From positions 33,477 through 97,476 of the forward strand of contig NW_003314359.1 in NCBI RefSeq assembly GCF_000143415.4: 64,000 nucleotides of DNA, read 5' to 3'. Under the pieces are notes generated by a model. It ran no database searches. It was given only the letters and a program-made list of their open reading frames with translations, and was not told the origin of the DNA. Shown one piece after another: positions 25,155 to 37,297 of the stretch. Within the stretch, counting starts at the first letter, position 1; each line of letters begins with the position of its first letter. Position numbers and translations under genes: made by a program. Origin of the DNA: Selaginella moellendorffii. Taxonomy: Eukaryota; Plantae; Lycopodiophyta.

Positions 25155-28100
25155 CACGCCTCCTCTGATTCAGATTCGGATTGTTCACCTTGAAATAAAA
25201 TACATTAGAAACTTAGTAAAGGAATATTAATGAATCTCACCTTGAACTCGGGTTATGAATGCTCTTGCTGCATCTCTTGCATGGTCTGGCAAGGTGATGG
25301 TGGCACTCTGCTTCCGCATCCAACCATGCACAACATTATCCACCGATATGCTCATGCTGGGATCCCTTGGATTCAGCACCCATCTCTTTTCTAGGCAATC
25401 CTTCGTATATCCGGAACTTGGCTTGAACCACTCCACAGTTACATTGAAGGAGTTAGTTTCTGCGTCCTCCTCTGCATCAGTGATGCAACGCCCCACCCAT
25501 ATCATTTGTTTTTTATTACTGGGTCTGACAAGCACGACCATTCCTTTGCAGACCTGTACTGGATTGAATGCTGAATCCGGCTTCTTGTTCCTCGGCCCAC
25601 AATAGTGATCCTCAACATCGTTATCTGTCATTGCATTTCCAGAGGATATTGTTCCGCTACTATCTGGTGCTCTGGGTTCTGGCCAAAAGGACTCTTCCAA
25701 TTCTTCATATATAACCAGCCCATTTTGGATAGCAGATATAATCTTCTCCCAGTATTTGAGCAAAGGCTTGCACCTCTGAAAATAGGATTCTCCACCAAAC
25801 ACCAACCCCCTCTTCCAGAAGGCAATATGCTGTCTAATCCCGGCCACTATACTTTCCTGGTCTTTGAGTCCATCCGGGTGCATCGGCCGTGGGGAACCCT
25901 GAGGAATCATAGGTTCCCCAGTTATGGGATCTCTCTTGAAGAGTTCAATGCCGTCCACTGGCAGCCACACTGTGTCCCATTCTCTCATCTTGTACCTCAT
26001 TACTGGAGCACCGTCACACATGCTGAAATGAAACTGAAGAGGCTTGGAGTGGCCAATCAGTGTTTTGGATCCGTCCCTGATGTAGCCTCTTACAAACCCC
26101 TTAAAGTCTAGAACCTCTGTCAGAAGTGCAGCTTCAACAGTGCCTTTGATGCAATTTTGGAATTCATCGTAGAGTTGTGGGAGGGTGAGGACATTGGATC
26201 GCCGGAGGGACTCTGCCAGGTGACTGAACATGGCATTGACGTCTTCATGAGTGTGCCCAACCATGAGAAAGCCAAGTGTAACCGTTTCAAATATGCCTTT
26301 GGCAACAAGCATCGCCAAGTACGCGAAGACGTACATGTTTTTGTTCTCACTGCCAGCATTGTCTGTTTGGAGCAGAAAATGGGGTGGAAGGCCACATCGG
26401 CCGCAAGAACTTCCTTGAGATTCTGCTTCGTTTGGATGAGGCTGTGCATTCACTGGGCGACCAGCCTCGTCGGAATGGCATGAGGCCTCACGTGATAACC
26501 CTACAATCTGACAGCCAACATATTCACTGGGATGGCATGGGGCCCCACGCAATACTGCAAGCCTTTGCTCCTCCTCCAGCTAAACCCTGTATGGGGTTTG
26601 ATCGACAAGGGCCTTATGCAAGGGTTGGCCGTTCAGCTCAGTCTGCGCACTTTGCAGAGACCTTAAGTGTTTTGCTAGGGACGCAATCATCATGTTTGCA
26701 CCCCCACCACCCCATAGAGGTACAAAGAAGTTCCCATAGTTCTAGGCACCATGCCCATGAGCGATTATGCCAAACAGAGACACAGGCAGCTGCATGGATG
26801 AAGAGATTGCCTTGGGGGCAGGATTGAGTCGAGGTAAGCACGTCTTTTTCTGGTCCATTTTGTCGTGGATGATGCAGAGGTAAGAGTCAGGTCTCTCCAT
26901 GGAGAGAATCCTGTTATGATAATATGCAGTCCTGCAGCTTCTCTGCTCGATGTTGTGGTCGAGCCACCTTCTAAACAACGTCTCTCGCTCTTGAGCGATG
27001 CAAGAATTCTTCGACAAAGCCATTTTGATAGCAGTGCACTCGTCACACTTTGAAAACCTGGAGTACTTTCCTATACTCACATCCCTGAACCTGTTGCTCC
27101 ACAATCTACTAAATCTAAATTGGCTCAGCTTCCTGTAGCCATTACTCTAGAGTTCCCGATTCACATCTTCCAATATGGCCCCCTTGGTATACATGGAAGG
27201 GAGAACTCGTTGGGTGTCGAGTTCCATCTTCCAAGAGGCGGGTTTTATGTGGTTGCTGCTCACTACATGTCTTGACAAACCTCTTGAAGATTGCCTCTCC
27301 ATATACAACATGACCCCTGGTTTTGTGAGTACTGTCGTTCCCATGGACTGCCTGTTGAACCCTTTGTTCCTCGAACTTAGTTTTGATTCTGTAGAATGTG
27401 GTTCGAGGGACTCCATAAATGATTCTCCATGCCTTCATGCAGACCAAACCCCTCTGGAAGACCATGCCCCCCACCTGATGTTCTGAAGCATCAACAGATG
27501 ACCGTAATGCCTCATACACAAAATTGCAAGCTGCCTTCCAGGACAATGTCTTGTATCTTGCTCTCTCCTCTTCAATAGCATCCCAATCAGCATGTTGACA
27601 GCACCTCCTCTTGCAACAAGCAACTGTCGAGACCATTCGAACCTCCATCGCCATTTTCTGCTTTTTCGGTTCGTTGCTCAGATCGCTTTGGCTGCACTTT
27701 AGGAAGGTGTACTTTCTTTTCCCATGAAGAGATGTTCTGTCATCAGTTGTAGTGGTGTTTGATTGTGAATCCTTCACATTCTCAAACACTAAGTGCCTCA
27801 ATTTCCACCGCACAATGCTTCCAATAGTCAGACTGTTTTCTTCTGTGTCAACAACCTCTAAAATCGCAACTCCAATATCATCCCAGCCCAATTCTTGATT
27901 AGCAACCGCATCTCTTGGATCGACAACTGTGGCTAAGCCCTCAGCTACCACCTCCCTCTCGGGGTTGTTTAGAAACACCTTTGCCTGAATCCATGTAGCA
28001 CGGTTCTTAAGATCCACGGAGGGAACATGCGTCGCACTTGCGCTGTTCCCAACATCTGCTTTCTTTTGAAGATTTTTCAAGGCAATAACAACATTTACCC

Positions 28101-28293
28101 CGACGACCATCTCTCCTCGTTCAATAGCGACCACATTCCCATTGAAGACAGTCTCTACTGATACAGCAGCATTGCCTTCCCCAAGCCTTTGACAGTGTAT
28201 AACAAAGTTCCGATCTATAAACACAAGGGTCCCTTTTGCAACTCTCTTCCCACCATTCAAAATGTAAACCTTTTCCCCAACCCTGAAGGCCAT
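25155..28293 (-). pseudogene. Sola-like (DUF7869-type) DDD transposase with frameshifts
   Basis: KCDEC, IIHDKMDQKKT, LQTDNAGSENKN..F..L..LV..G.F....L.FL.VGHTHEDVNAMFS. Two N-terminal VAxG...LG repeats as in plant TE accessory domains, and a C-terminal Tudor/PWWP-like segment (GMVVLVRP..IWVG..VEWF). Probable last intron and mini-exon near 25155-25240. Superfamily is inferred from motifs. Confidence 0.8.
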
Positions 28294-31200
28294 TCTGAAA
28301 GTGCAGAAAAGAAGTTAAGACCATACAAAAAATGATTGGAGAATGGCCTAAATCATAACATACCAAACAACCTCAATAGCATGAGGCCACATGCCATTAT
28401 TCAAACATGCTATTGACACCCACGTGAAATTTCGCATTCACAAAATTGGCATGAGCCCTCATGCCATCTTGATATACACACAGCTGCAGGTAAGTAAAAA
28501 CATACATGACAATACGCTAGCCATGAAATTGCAAGGGCCCAAGATGGCATGTGGCCTCATGCCATTTCTAAATGTGGTCCTAAGCCATTCCATGGTGAAC
28601 ATACTAGGAAGCACAAGTGCCGAATATCAAGAGGAAGCGGTAGCCACACCAAAGACAGTGCCACTCGCAACACCGCAACTACTTGTAGCGCCGCTCGCAA
28701 CACCGCAACTGCTCGTAGCGCCGCTCGCACAAACTACCACTCGCATAAACTGCCGCTCGCAATGGCGCTCGCAATGCCGCAACTGCTCGTAGATGCATAA
28801 ACCACAGCTCACAACGCCGCTTACACAAGCAGCGCTCACTGCGCTCAGCGGAACCAAGAACACGGCGCACAAAAATGATAGACCTAGGAATGAGTTCAAG
28901 AATTCAAAAATAACACACGCTTGAACGTCACATCAAATCCTCTGACAAACCAGATCTTATGATTCCTCTGACAAATTTCAAACTGAGTAGCTTCTAGACT
29001 TTGCTGTCAGAGGTTGAACTTTGTCACATCATGTCCTTGCCTCGATCCAGCTGTGCCATGTCAGTGATTCGAACTTTGCCATGCCATGTCAGCGATCCGC
29101 GCCAAGATTATTCGCCGTGTAAAGGAATAATTATGCTGTGTGTGTACGTCCATTTATGGCAATATAAGGCCACACGCCATTCAAAAAGTAATGCTAGTCG
29201 AGCATTTTTTTGTGCATTTTTGGGTTCAAAATTGCATGAGCCCACACGCTATAAAGTTTACCTATACCAAAAATAGAAACAGCTTTATTTACTTGGGAAT
29301 TTAAGTGGTTGAGGCATTTTTAAACTTACAAACACATGCCCTACTTACATTCCTTTGGTTGCTTAAAATTCAAAAATATTATAAACCTTTCTTTTTGCAT
29401 TTTCAATGTTTTCAATTATGGTTTTTGATTTTCGCAGGACCAGCCTAGTAATCTATTTGCATCCCGTCATGTTTATAGCTAGCTTTCGTTTATCCCCTTC
29501 GCTAGCCTGAGATACATCTACTCGGCATCTGCCTCTTACAGCATTTGCCCAGAAAGGGCATCTTTCTTCACGCAGCATTTGCCACATGTTTAGGGTTTAG
29601 GGTTTAGCAATTCAGTAGCTTGATAAACATGCAAATACAGAACTTAATGCAAAATCCTTTGATATGTCACAATGCCCCTAGGACCATAAACACATTTCAA
29701 TAGAGAGGGTCCTTTCATTTCATAACTCCTTACGTAGATCTTGGTGAAACCAGAGTTAGTGAAGTTGGTTTCTTGTGATCTTGCATCTGATTGTGGTGTC
29801 CCTTTGCAGTGTCAATGGAAAGGTCAATGCACACCAAACTGTAGAATCTTGGAGCAAAATAACGGTCGGATCTATGGCAAATGCCCCTGAAAAATTGTAA
29901 AGCTCGTGTGGTCTCATGTGGTGTCTGATCGAGATGCTTCTTTGCAGGGTCATCAAGAAGGGCATTGTATACCATTCTGTAAAATCTAGTTGCGATCTAA
30001 CGGTTGGATCTCCAGAAAACTCAAAAAAATCTCGCACGTGTCAGAATATCCTAAGAATATACTCCTATGTGCCCCTGAAAATGGCATGCGGCCCCACGCC
30101 ATTCAAAAGATAACGCCAGATGATGCCAAGAATTTTTTGGTGCATTTTTTGGGTTCAAAATTGCATGAGCCCACACACTATAAAGTTTATCTTTGCCAAA
30201 TAGAGAAAAGTTTATCTGTGTCATGTGAGGTAGTTACAGTCCTTTGTGCTCGGCATCTGCCTCTTGCAGCATTTGCACTGAAAGGGAATTTTTCTCCATT
30301 CAGCATTTGGCCCTGAAAATGGCATGCGCCCACACGCCATTCAAGGAATAATGCCACAGGACGCCTGGATTTTTGGGTTTAAAATGTTTAGGGTTTTTTG
30401 GGTTTTTTAAAAATATTTTGGGTCCAATGTTTTTTGGGTTTCTTTGGTTCAAAATTGCATGAGCCCACACGCTATAATATTGATTTGAGAGAAAAATAGA
30501 AACAGATAGAATTTCTTTATTTAGCTGAACATCTGCCATTTTTGGAAATACAAGATGCTTTGGAATATCCAATCATGCATGGTATAAATATAGCGAGGGT
30601 ATTAAATGATATCCCAATCATGATCTTTCTTTTGGATTTCGCGTGCATGCAGTCCGAGGAATGATGACGTTGCGGATTTCTTTTGGATTTTGCGTGCTTG
30701 CATGCGCACGGCAATCCAGAAATTAATGGTGGCGCCCAAGTCCGAGGAATGATGACGTGGCGGGATTACCAACCATCGTGACATTTCGCGCGTGTGAGGT
30801 TAGGTTTTGCATTTTGCTTCGTACACACGCTCGCACACTCGCGCTCGCGCTCGCATCACACTCGCGCTTGCGCTCGCATCACACTCGCGCTCGCGCTCGC
30901 ATCACACTCGCGCTCGCATCGCGCTCCCACTCGCAATCACGCTCACATTCGCGCTCATCTACCTTCTCTACAGGTTTCTCGTGTGCATCGGCGTCCACTC
31001 GCGCTTGCATCACACTCACGCTCGCATCGCGCTCGTGTGCATCGGCGTCCACTTCAAGACACACCCAGTTTGTAACTTCGCCGCCAACTCCGCCGCCCAC
31101 TCCGCCACCCACACGCAGCCCACTTGGCGTTCCGGGAGATTTCAGCGCCACTCTCCAACTGTAAGTGGCAGAGTAGCCTTGCTGCTACGATCTGCTGCAC

Positions 31201-31481
31201 ACACAGTGCACATTCGCCAGCGAGTCCGGCCTCGATTGTCACGCCTCCATTCGGCTTCAAATGGTAAGTCTTTTAGGCCAAGTAGAAAATGGCATGAGGC
31301 CACATGCCATTCAGTAGCAACATTGGCATGCACCGATTGGGCTCTCGAGTGCAGTCCGGTTACAAATGGCGTGTAGCCTCACGCCATCTTAGGATGCAGC
31401 CTCAAGACATCTGATGCAGTGGTGAATGGTGTGTGGCCTCACGTTATTTCCAGCTGCTAGTTTTTCATTTGTCAGCTCTAA

Positions 31482-34400
31482 TTGTTGTGCATTTCTGAAC
31501 AGGCGAGGAATTGCGTTCTTCTTCCAGCCACTGTCAATGTGGATGCAGAGAAGGGGGAGGAGCTCACCAGTTGGACTTTCGGGATGGAAGGCGAGGATCT
31601 AAGGCTATACAACACAGATGGTGGGAGAAAAGAATGCATGGGGATCCTCATCCAAGTGACAGACACTCCATGCAGTTCCATGCAAGAATATGGACTGGCA
31701 CTTGTGGTAGAGACAGCGTCCACCTTCAAGATCCACCTTGCACATCCTAGTGGCTTCCCGGAGGGGGGCAGCGGCTATGAGGAATTCCTAGAGGGAGCTA
31801 GGGAGAGGTTGTCCAGGAGGCCCACAATTTCAAAGACACTGCGGGTCTATGAAGATCACATGGAATCCACAGACCTCACCTACGGCAATGCTCAAAAACT
31901 ATATTCCAACATTGAGCCGTTGAGAGTGCCTCCAGTTCGCGAAGCGAAGGGGAAGGGGGTCGATCTGGAAACTACCCCAAAGCAGAAAAGGGTGGTCAAG
32001 CTCAAGCCGACGTCCGACTCTCCTGGTCCAAAAAAGAAGCTACTTGGTGATGCCATTGCCTCGGGTTCGAACACTACACCCACCAAAAAGAAGAGCCGCA
32101 AAAAGCAAAAAGAGCAAGAAGAGGCAGCAAAAATCATCGCAGATAATAGTACTTGTTATTATTCCAACAAAGTATATACAATCGACGTGAGCCATATCGA
32201 CATCCAAAGCAAATACAACCACAGGCTAGTATCTTATGAGTGGGTGGAGAAACTGAAGCAGAAGATGCTGGCAAGTCCAGTAACACCCGACATCGCAGAC
32301 GTGATCCCCTACTACCGAACAATGAAGGGCGAGACGAGGTTTCCAGACTTGATCAATAGGAAGGTATTGGACGATCAGAACATCCGGTTCTATGCCGTCT
32401 CTGGGCAGCATTCTAGCTTGGCGATGCAAGAGATAGTTGTGGATATTATGGTGGGCGAGGAGGTGAAGAAAGTCTTCAAGACAAGAGTTGTCCGCCTGAT
32501 AAAAGGCAACTCGCCCCTCCGATCTATCATATCCATCTCCCACGCGTAGAATGTCAAGCAAGAAATGTGCTACAAATCGGGTCTGCACGAGATATTGGCA
32601 CGAACACGGAAGCTCTGGGTTCAACTGAAGAAGCCACAAAAACCAGGACAAGGACATGCACTAGCAACTAGCGCCTGGCAGGTAAGCCTTGTTGCATGTG
32701 GCATAGCATGTGGCCTCACGCCATTTCCATTGCAGGAATTCTCGAGTCTTCTCTCGAAAACACTGGGGGTCAATGACACACTCAGCATCCATAACATTCT
32801 ACTCGCGACAAAAGTTGTTTTTGACAAATGAGTAGATGTGCTGAGGAGGTACCATGACGGGGAGTTGCTAAACTCAATGGGTGTGGAGGATGGCCGGAAG
32901 CCCAATGATTTGAAGCTCAACGCCTTGCGTTTCTCGCGGTCTCTAGACGACGACGACCTTTTGACAGTGGCTAATGCTCTTCTACGTGGTGAGGTAGTCT
33001 TCAACAAGACCAAAATGACTCCCGGTCATATTGTGACATACGAGGACTTGTGCACAACTCTGAGAGCTCGTGCGCTATTGAAGGATTAGATCTTCGAGCA
33101 AGTGGCCGTGGAGAGGGTGAGCATCGACACCACGCAAGAGATGATGGAAGCGCTGGAGTTGTCAAATGAAGACATCGACGAGTACGTGAAGGGGGCCCCC
33201 AAGTTCATCGATCTGCTGCGGGATGCCACGAAAAGTAAAGCTGAGAAGTTGGATTAGTATCCAAATTTCATTAAGAGGGATGTCGACTACCGGCTTTAGA
33301 AACAGCTCGACCCCGCAGTAGAGGCCTATCGAGAACCTTACCGGGTATACGTGAATTCGGATGAGGATCAAAGTTGGAGGAGCATCGTTTCCCGTGGAGA
33401 TGAGCAGGTCAAGAACATCTTTTGTGTGATGGACTTCACAAATGAGGAGATCACTCATGCAGATGAAGTCAGCTCCATCATTGACTTAATGGTGGGACTT
33501 GCGGAGGTGGAATCTTCAGTCCACTATATGATCTACGACTCCGAATCCTATCACAAGTTCTGGAAGGCCTTGAACGAGGTGAAGGCTTGGTTGAAAGGCA
33601 AGGAGATGCAAGAGATCCATGGGATAATGGCTAAGAAGAAGATACCGACGAATGTCCGCATCTTCACACTCGCCCTTGTTATTGGTCCTGCAGTAGAGTG
33701 GGACTGGAGTGACTTCCCAGCTTCGTTCGACAAGGCCAATCGAATTGATCTGAGGGAGGTCAATTTACCCGTGCCTGAGGAACTAAAGACGGCTATGGAG
33801 CTTTTGAATCCAGAGAAAGCTCCAGGTGCAGCATGGGAAATGCTCAGCTGGGTCTTCAACGCAATAGCGGGTGGGTCACCTGCTTCCGACTCCAAGGGCA
33901 AATGCGTTGTCGAGTACAACTACAGCAGACTATTCTTTCGAGCCGCACTACTCAAGGGTGTCCCGTGTGTTGCGGTGACAAACTCCATTGAAGAGGTGAC
34001 TTCAATGGAGCATATAATTATAGTTGCCAAAGAAAAAAGTATCTTCTCTGCGAACCTGGTGAGTACGCACTTTAAGTTTAAATGTTATCTCACAAGCTCT
34101 GTATGTAGGAGCGTGGCCACCCCCAGATGCTGAAACGGCGTTAACAGCTACTGTTGAAGATACCCATGTTGGGCCGAGCTCACAACCTGCACAAGGTAAG
34201 GTCACGTGAGGCCTCACGCCATTTTGATTATAAATCGTTGTGAATATTCAGACACGAGGACTGAAAAGCGCACTGATGGCGTGTCAAAGAAGGACAAATA
34301 GACAAGCAATAGGAAAAAAGGAGGTACAAATTATATTTGCAATGGCGTGTGGTCTCATGCCATTCCTTGCAGGAGACACTTCTTCAAAGGCAAAACAGGC

Positions 34401-35947
34401 AAGCACCAGCCAAGCTCAAACTGACAGTGGTCATAAAAAGCGAAAGCACGTTGGACAGTTATCGGGATCAGAGGTGTTTGATTCAAAAAGGAAGAAGGGC
34501 AACGAAAAGATGATAGGTAATGCCTCGCGGTTATGGCGTGTGTGCAAAAGCAGCCAGTCACCACCTCCTGACTCAGATTCCTATGGCGGACTCCCCTTCC
34601 CCAATCTCAATGGAGAGGTACAATAGATGAGGGATGTTTTTCAAGTCAGGGCCACATTTTTCTCATCTCGTCATCTTCGAAGGGTGCAAGAACGTGCAGA
34701 AACCATGTTAAGACAGTCGGGTGAGGATACGGTCCTAGGTCACGCACTAAAACAGGCTATGGATGTCTTGTATTTTGAGATGGAGACTTGGCCAGATGAT
34801 TTTCCCAAGATGGTCCTGGAAGAACAAGCCATCTAGCCTGAGCAGCCTATGGAAGAAATGCAGGAGGGGGATGAGGAGCCAGAGAAAGATAATGAGCAGG
34901 AAGAGCAGAAGGATGAAGAGGAGGACAAAGAAGAGGAGGACGAAGAAGAGGAGGACGAAGAGGACTTGGATGGTCCTCACAATGGTGACGATCACAATAA
35001 CGACGACGACGATGATGACGACGATGGCCAGCCTGAGGTAGCCAAAGAGCAGCGGAGGAAGGTCATACAAGACAAACCATCAGGTAAATAATAGTACATC
35101 CATTCCTAACCTTTTACCATTTCTAACATTGTCCATGTAGGTTGCAAAGCAAATGGTAAGTAGAGATTATTCAGTTGAATTAAGATACAAACTCTAGCCT
35201 TTAGTGTTGATGAAGGATAGTGCCAAGCAAGGGTCGAAACGTATGTCCAATCCTTCAGAATCAGCAGTGCGCCCAAGTGATATCGGTCCTAGTTCCTCAA
35301 TAGCAGTTGATGGTAAATACAGTATAGTCGATTCAATGTGCTAATGAGTTTGTTTTTAGTAGCCAGTAGGGAGGATACCATCTCAATTGAAGGGAGATAT
35401 TTGGACATGCATATGGATCCGCCAGTGGACTCTACTTGCCTGCAAGAGTCATCAGAGCTGGTGGAGGCTACTATCCATATCAACGCCAAGCAAGCTAACC
35501 ACGCTCCACTTGATGCTGCCCATACCACTGAGTCAATCTTGTCCACGTATCCAACTGACGGTGATCAAGCGCTATTGGACCCGCATGAGGCCGCCCCAGC
35601 CGCCGAGCCGGTCGTATCCTCATTTCCAACGGACTCAACGTGTGCCCAATCGTCTGACTACGCGCCGTTGGAACCTCCCTACACCGCCCCTGCTGCCTGT
35701 TCGGTCATGTCCACTTTGCCAACGGAGGCACCAGCTGAAATGGCATGTGATCACACGCCATCAGAACCACCCCATGCCACTGTTGAGCCAGTTGTACCAG
35801 AGTCTACAGCTGAAATGGCATGTGCCCACACGCCATCGGATGCGATTAACCCCACATTGCAGAAGAGAGTATTTCCGCCCTTCACGTTTCCTCGACCAAA
35901 ACCCTCTCAACGACCATCGGAAGCACCATTTGCTAATATTGTAGATG
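31482..35947 (+). pseudogene. Inner cargo gene: ParB/Srx-like domain, possible degenerate methyltransferase fold, acidic and Pro-rich regions (multi-exon, in-frame stops)
   Basis: IDVSHIDIQSKYNHRLVSYEWVEKLKQKM...FYAVSGQHSSLA (ParB box I/II-like); GKCVVEYNYSRLFFRAALLKGVPCVAV (weak motif-I-like); GT-AG introns at 32682-32735, 34060-34108, 34196-34251, 34324-34372; D/E tract at 34850-35030. Confidence 0.65.
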
Positions 35948-35993
35948 GTAAAATTGACTTGTACCATTTTTTATGCTGACGCATTTCATTTCA

Positions 35994-36857
35994 GAGTCAC
36001 GGCGAAGGTACTGTATCGTTTTTGATCTGAACGGTGTCCTTTTCTCCCATGAGCGTGGCTCGTCCTCGAATGTCACTGCACCCTCTAAAGTCTACAGTCG
36101 CAAGTTGGTCAAAAGAGACAGATTCACATTAATCACACGGGAGAAACTGCGGGATCTAATAATGACCATGCGACACTTAAAACAGAGCGCCGGGTTCAAT
36201 TTGCAATTGGGAGTTTGGACATCCATGATGCGCCACAATGCATTAACGTTGCTACAGATGATGCACGATCAGACGCGAGTAATATTACCATTTGACTTTC
36301 TCCTAACGCAGGAGGATTGCTTGACTATGGTCCATGTGAGGGGTAGCAAGCCCATCTTCGTCAAGCCAGAGGCTGTAGTGATGAACCGGACTGCTAGGTC
36401 AAGTGAAATCCTCATCATCGATGACTCGCTGATTAAAACTGCAGCGAACACGCACACATATGCAGTGCACCCCATCTCTTGCAGTATGGAAACTAGGGAG
36501 AAGAAACCGTATGTTCTGGGGGACCTTGCAAAACGGCTTGGAGCGATGGTGATAGAGAACCGGCCAGTCCAGGAGGTGGCTGCAGAAATCAACCAAATGG
36601 CAGATGGAACGGTATATCAGAAGCCATTTGATCGGACAGACACCAGTCATCATTTATGGCATGTATATTGTCTAGCCAAGCACTATCCGCATCTCCATAA
36701 TCTGCTCAACCGGATGGGTTCTTCGACCACTGAACATGAGCGTGGACGTATGAGAGAAGAGATGGCATTACTATTGGGTTTAAATCCTAATAGTGTGGAG
36801 AGTGATGAAATTCCAAGATTATTGTATAGGCGTTGGAGGCAAAAAATAACAGTCTGA
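35994..36857 (+). CDS. FCP1/NIF-like HAD-superfamily phosphatase domain (probable last exon of the inner cargo gene)
   Basis: Open frame with IVFDLNGVL (motif I), VWTSMM (II), QEDC...KPIFVK (III), LIIDDSLIK...N (IV). Preceded by a GT...TTTCAG intron at 35948-35993. Confidence 0.8.
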   Translation, partial: ESRRRYCIVFDLNGVLFSHERGSSSNVTAPSKVYSRKLVKRDRFTLITREKLRDLIMTMRHLKQSAGFNLQLGVWTSMMRHNALTLLQMMHDQTRVILPFDFLLTQEDCLTMVHVRGSKPIFVKPEAVVMNRTARSSEILIIDDSLIKTAANTHTYAVHPISCSMETREKKPYVLGDLAKRLGAMVIENRPVQEVAAEINQMADGTVYQKPFDRTDTSHHLWHVYCLAKHYPHLHNLLNRMGSSTTEHERGRMREEMALLLGLNPNSVESDEIPRLLYRRWRQKITV

Positions 36858-37297
36858 GATGGCATGTATTTATTTAAAAATGTAACTTATTATGGCATGG
36901 GGTTCCATGCCATTGTATTAATATTAAAAGACAATTCTTTGAGAGGATTTGCATTATACTAGAAGTGTTACAGCATGTTATTGGAAGTCTACGAAGTTGT
37001 TTTATTAATAAGGGGAAAGTAAAGATTGAATGGGGACTTGGGCTCCACCTAGACTCGGAGCAACTGAGCCAATATTAAAAGGATGGAAAGAAATTGGACG
37101 ACGATGACAAGGAGAAGAGAGAGGTGAAGCAGTGGCAGGGGGAGGAGAAGTGATTGAGTAGACATTTCCTTGTTTAAAATAAAATGGCATGTGCCTCAAT
37201 GCAGTTGAATTTTGTTATATTTATATACTATATAAAGGTTTGGAAACTTTATTTTACAAGTGGGATAATGACAATTCCCACTTTAACGAAATAGAGC

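Larger units (their letters stand above)
23821..37205. repeat. Dispersed 22-bp palindrome ATGGCRTG-N6-CAYGCCAT (>=25 copies)
   Basis: Starts at 23821, 24137, 24226, 24826, 24987, 25133, 26475, 26532, 28376, 28446, 28544, 29231, 30081, 30160, 30319, 30454, 31289, 31366, 31426, 32703, 34201, 34342, 35740, 35815, 36892, plus half-sites (24633, ~29160, 37184). No full copy was seen outside the TIRs. Confidence 0.93.
23597..37297 (-). mobile_element. 13.7-kb TIR DNA transposon with Sola-like DDD transposase and a divergent cargo gene
   Basis: Perfect 22-bp TIR GCTCTATTTCGTTAAAGTGGGA (23597-23618; 37276-37297). Host coding sequence resumes on both sides. Element-restricted palindrome. TSD is not clearly resolved. 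Confidence 0.88.

Noticed and set aside
29589-29607. Telomere remnant
   Set aside because: Fewer than three TTTAGGG units; at most a telobox.
30757-31376. Overlapping Arg/Ala/His-rich ORFs (also 28391-28899)
   Set aside because: Low-complexity GC-rich repeats open in multiple frames; more likely 5' UTR or promoter.
23821-37205. CRISPR-like interpretation of the palindromic repeat
   Set aside because: Spacing is irregular (tens of bp to kb), sites lie in introns and exons, there are no cas genes, and the context is a eukaryotic TE.
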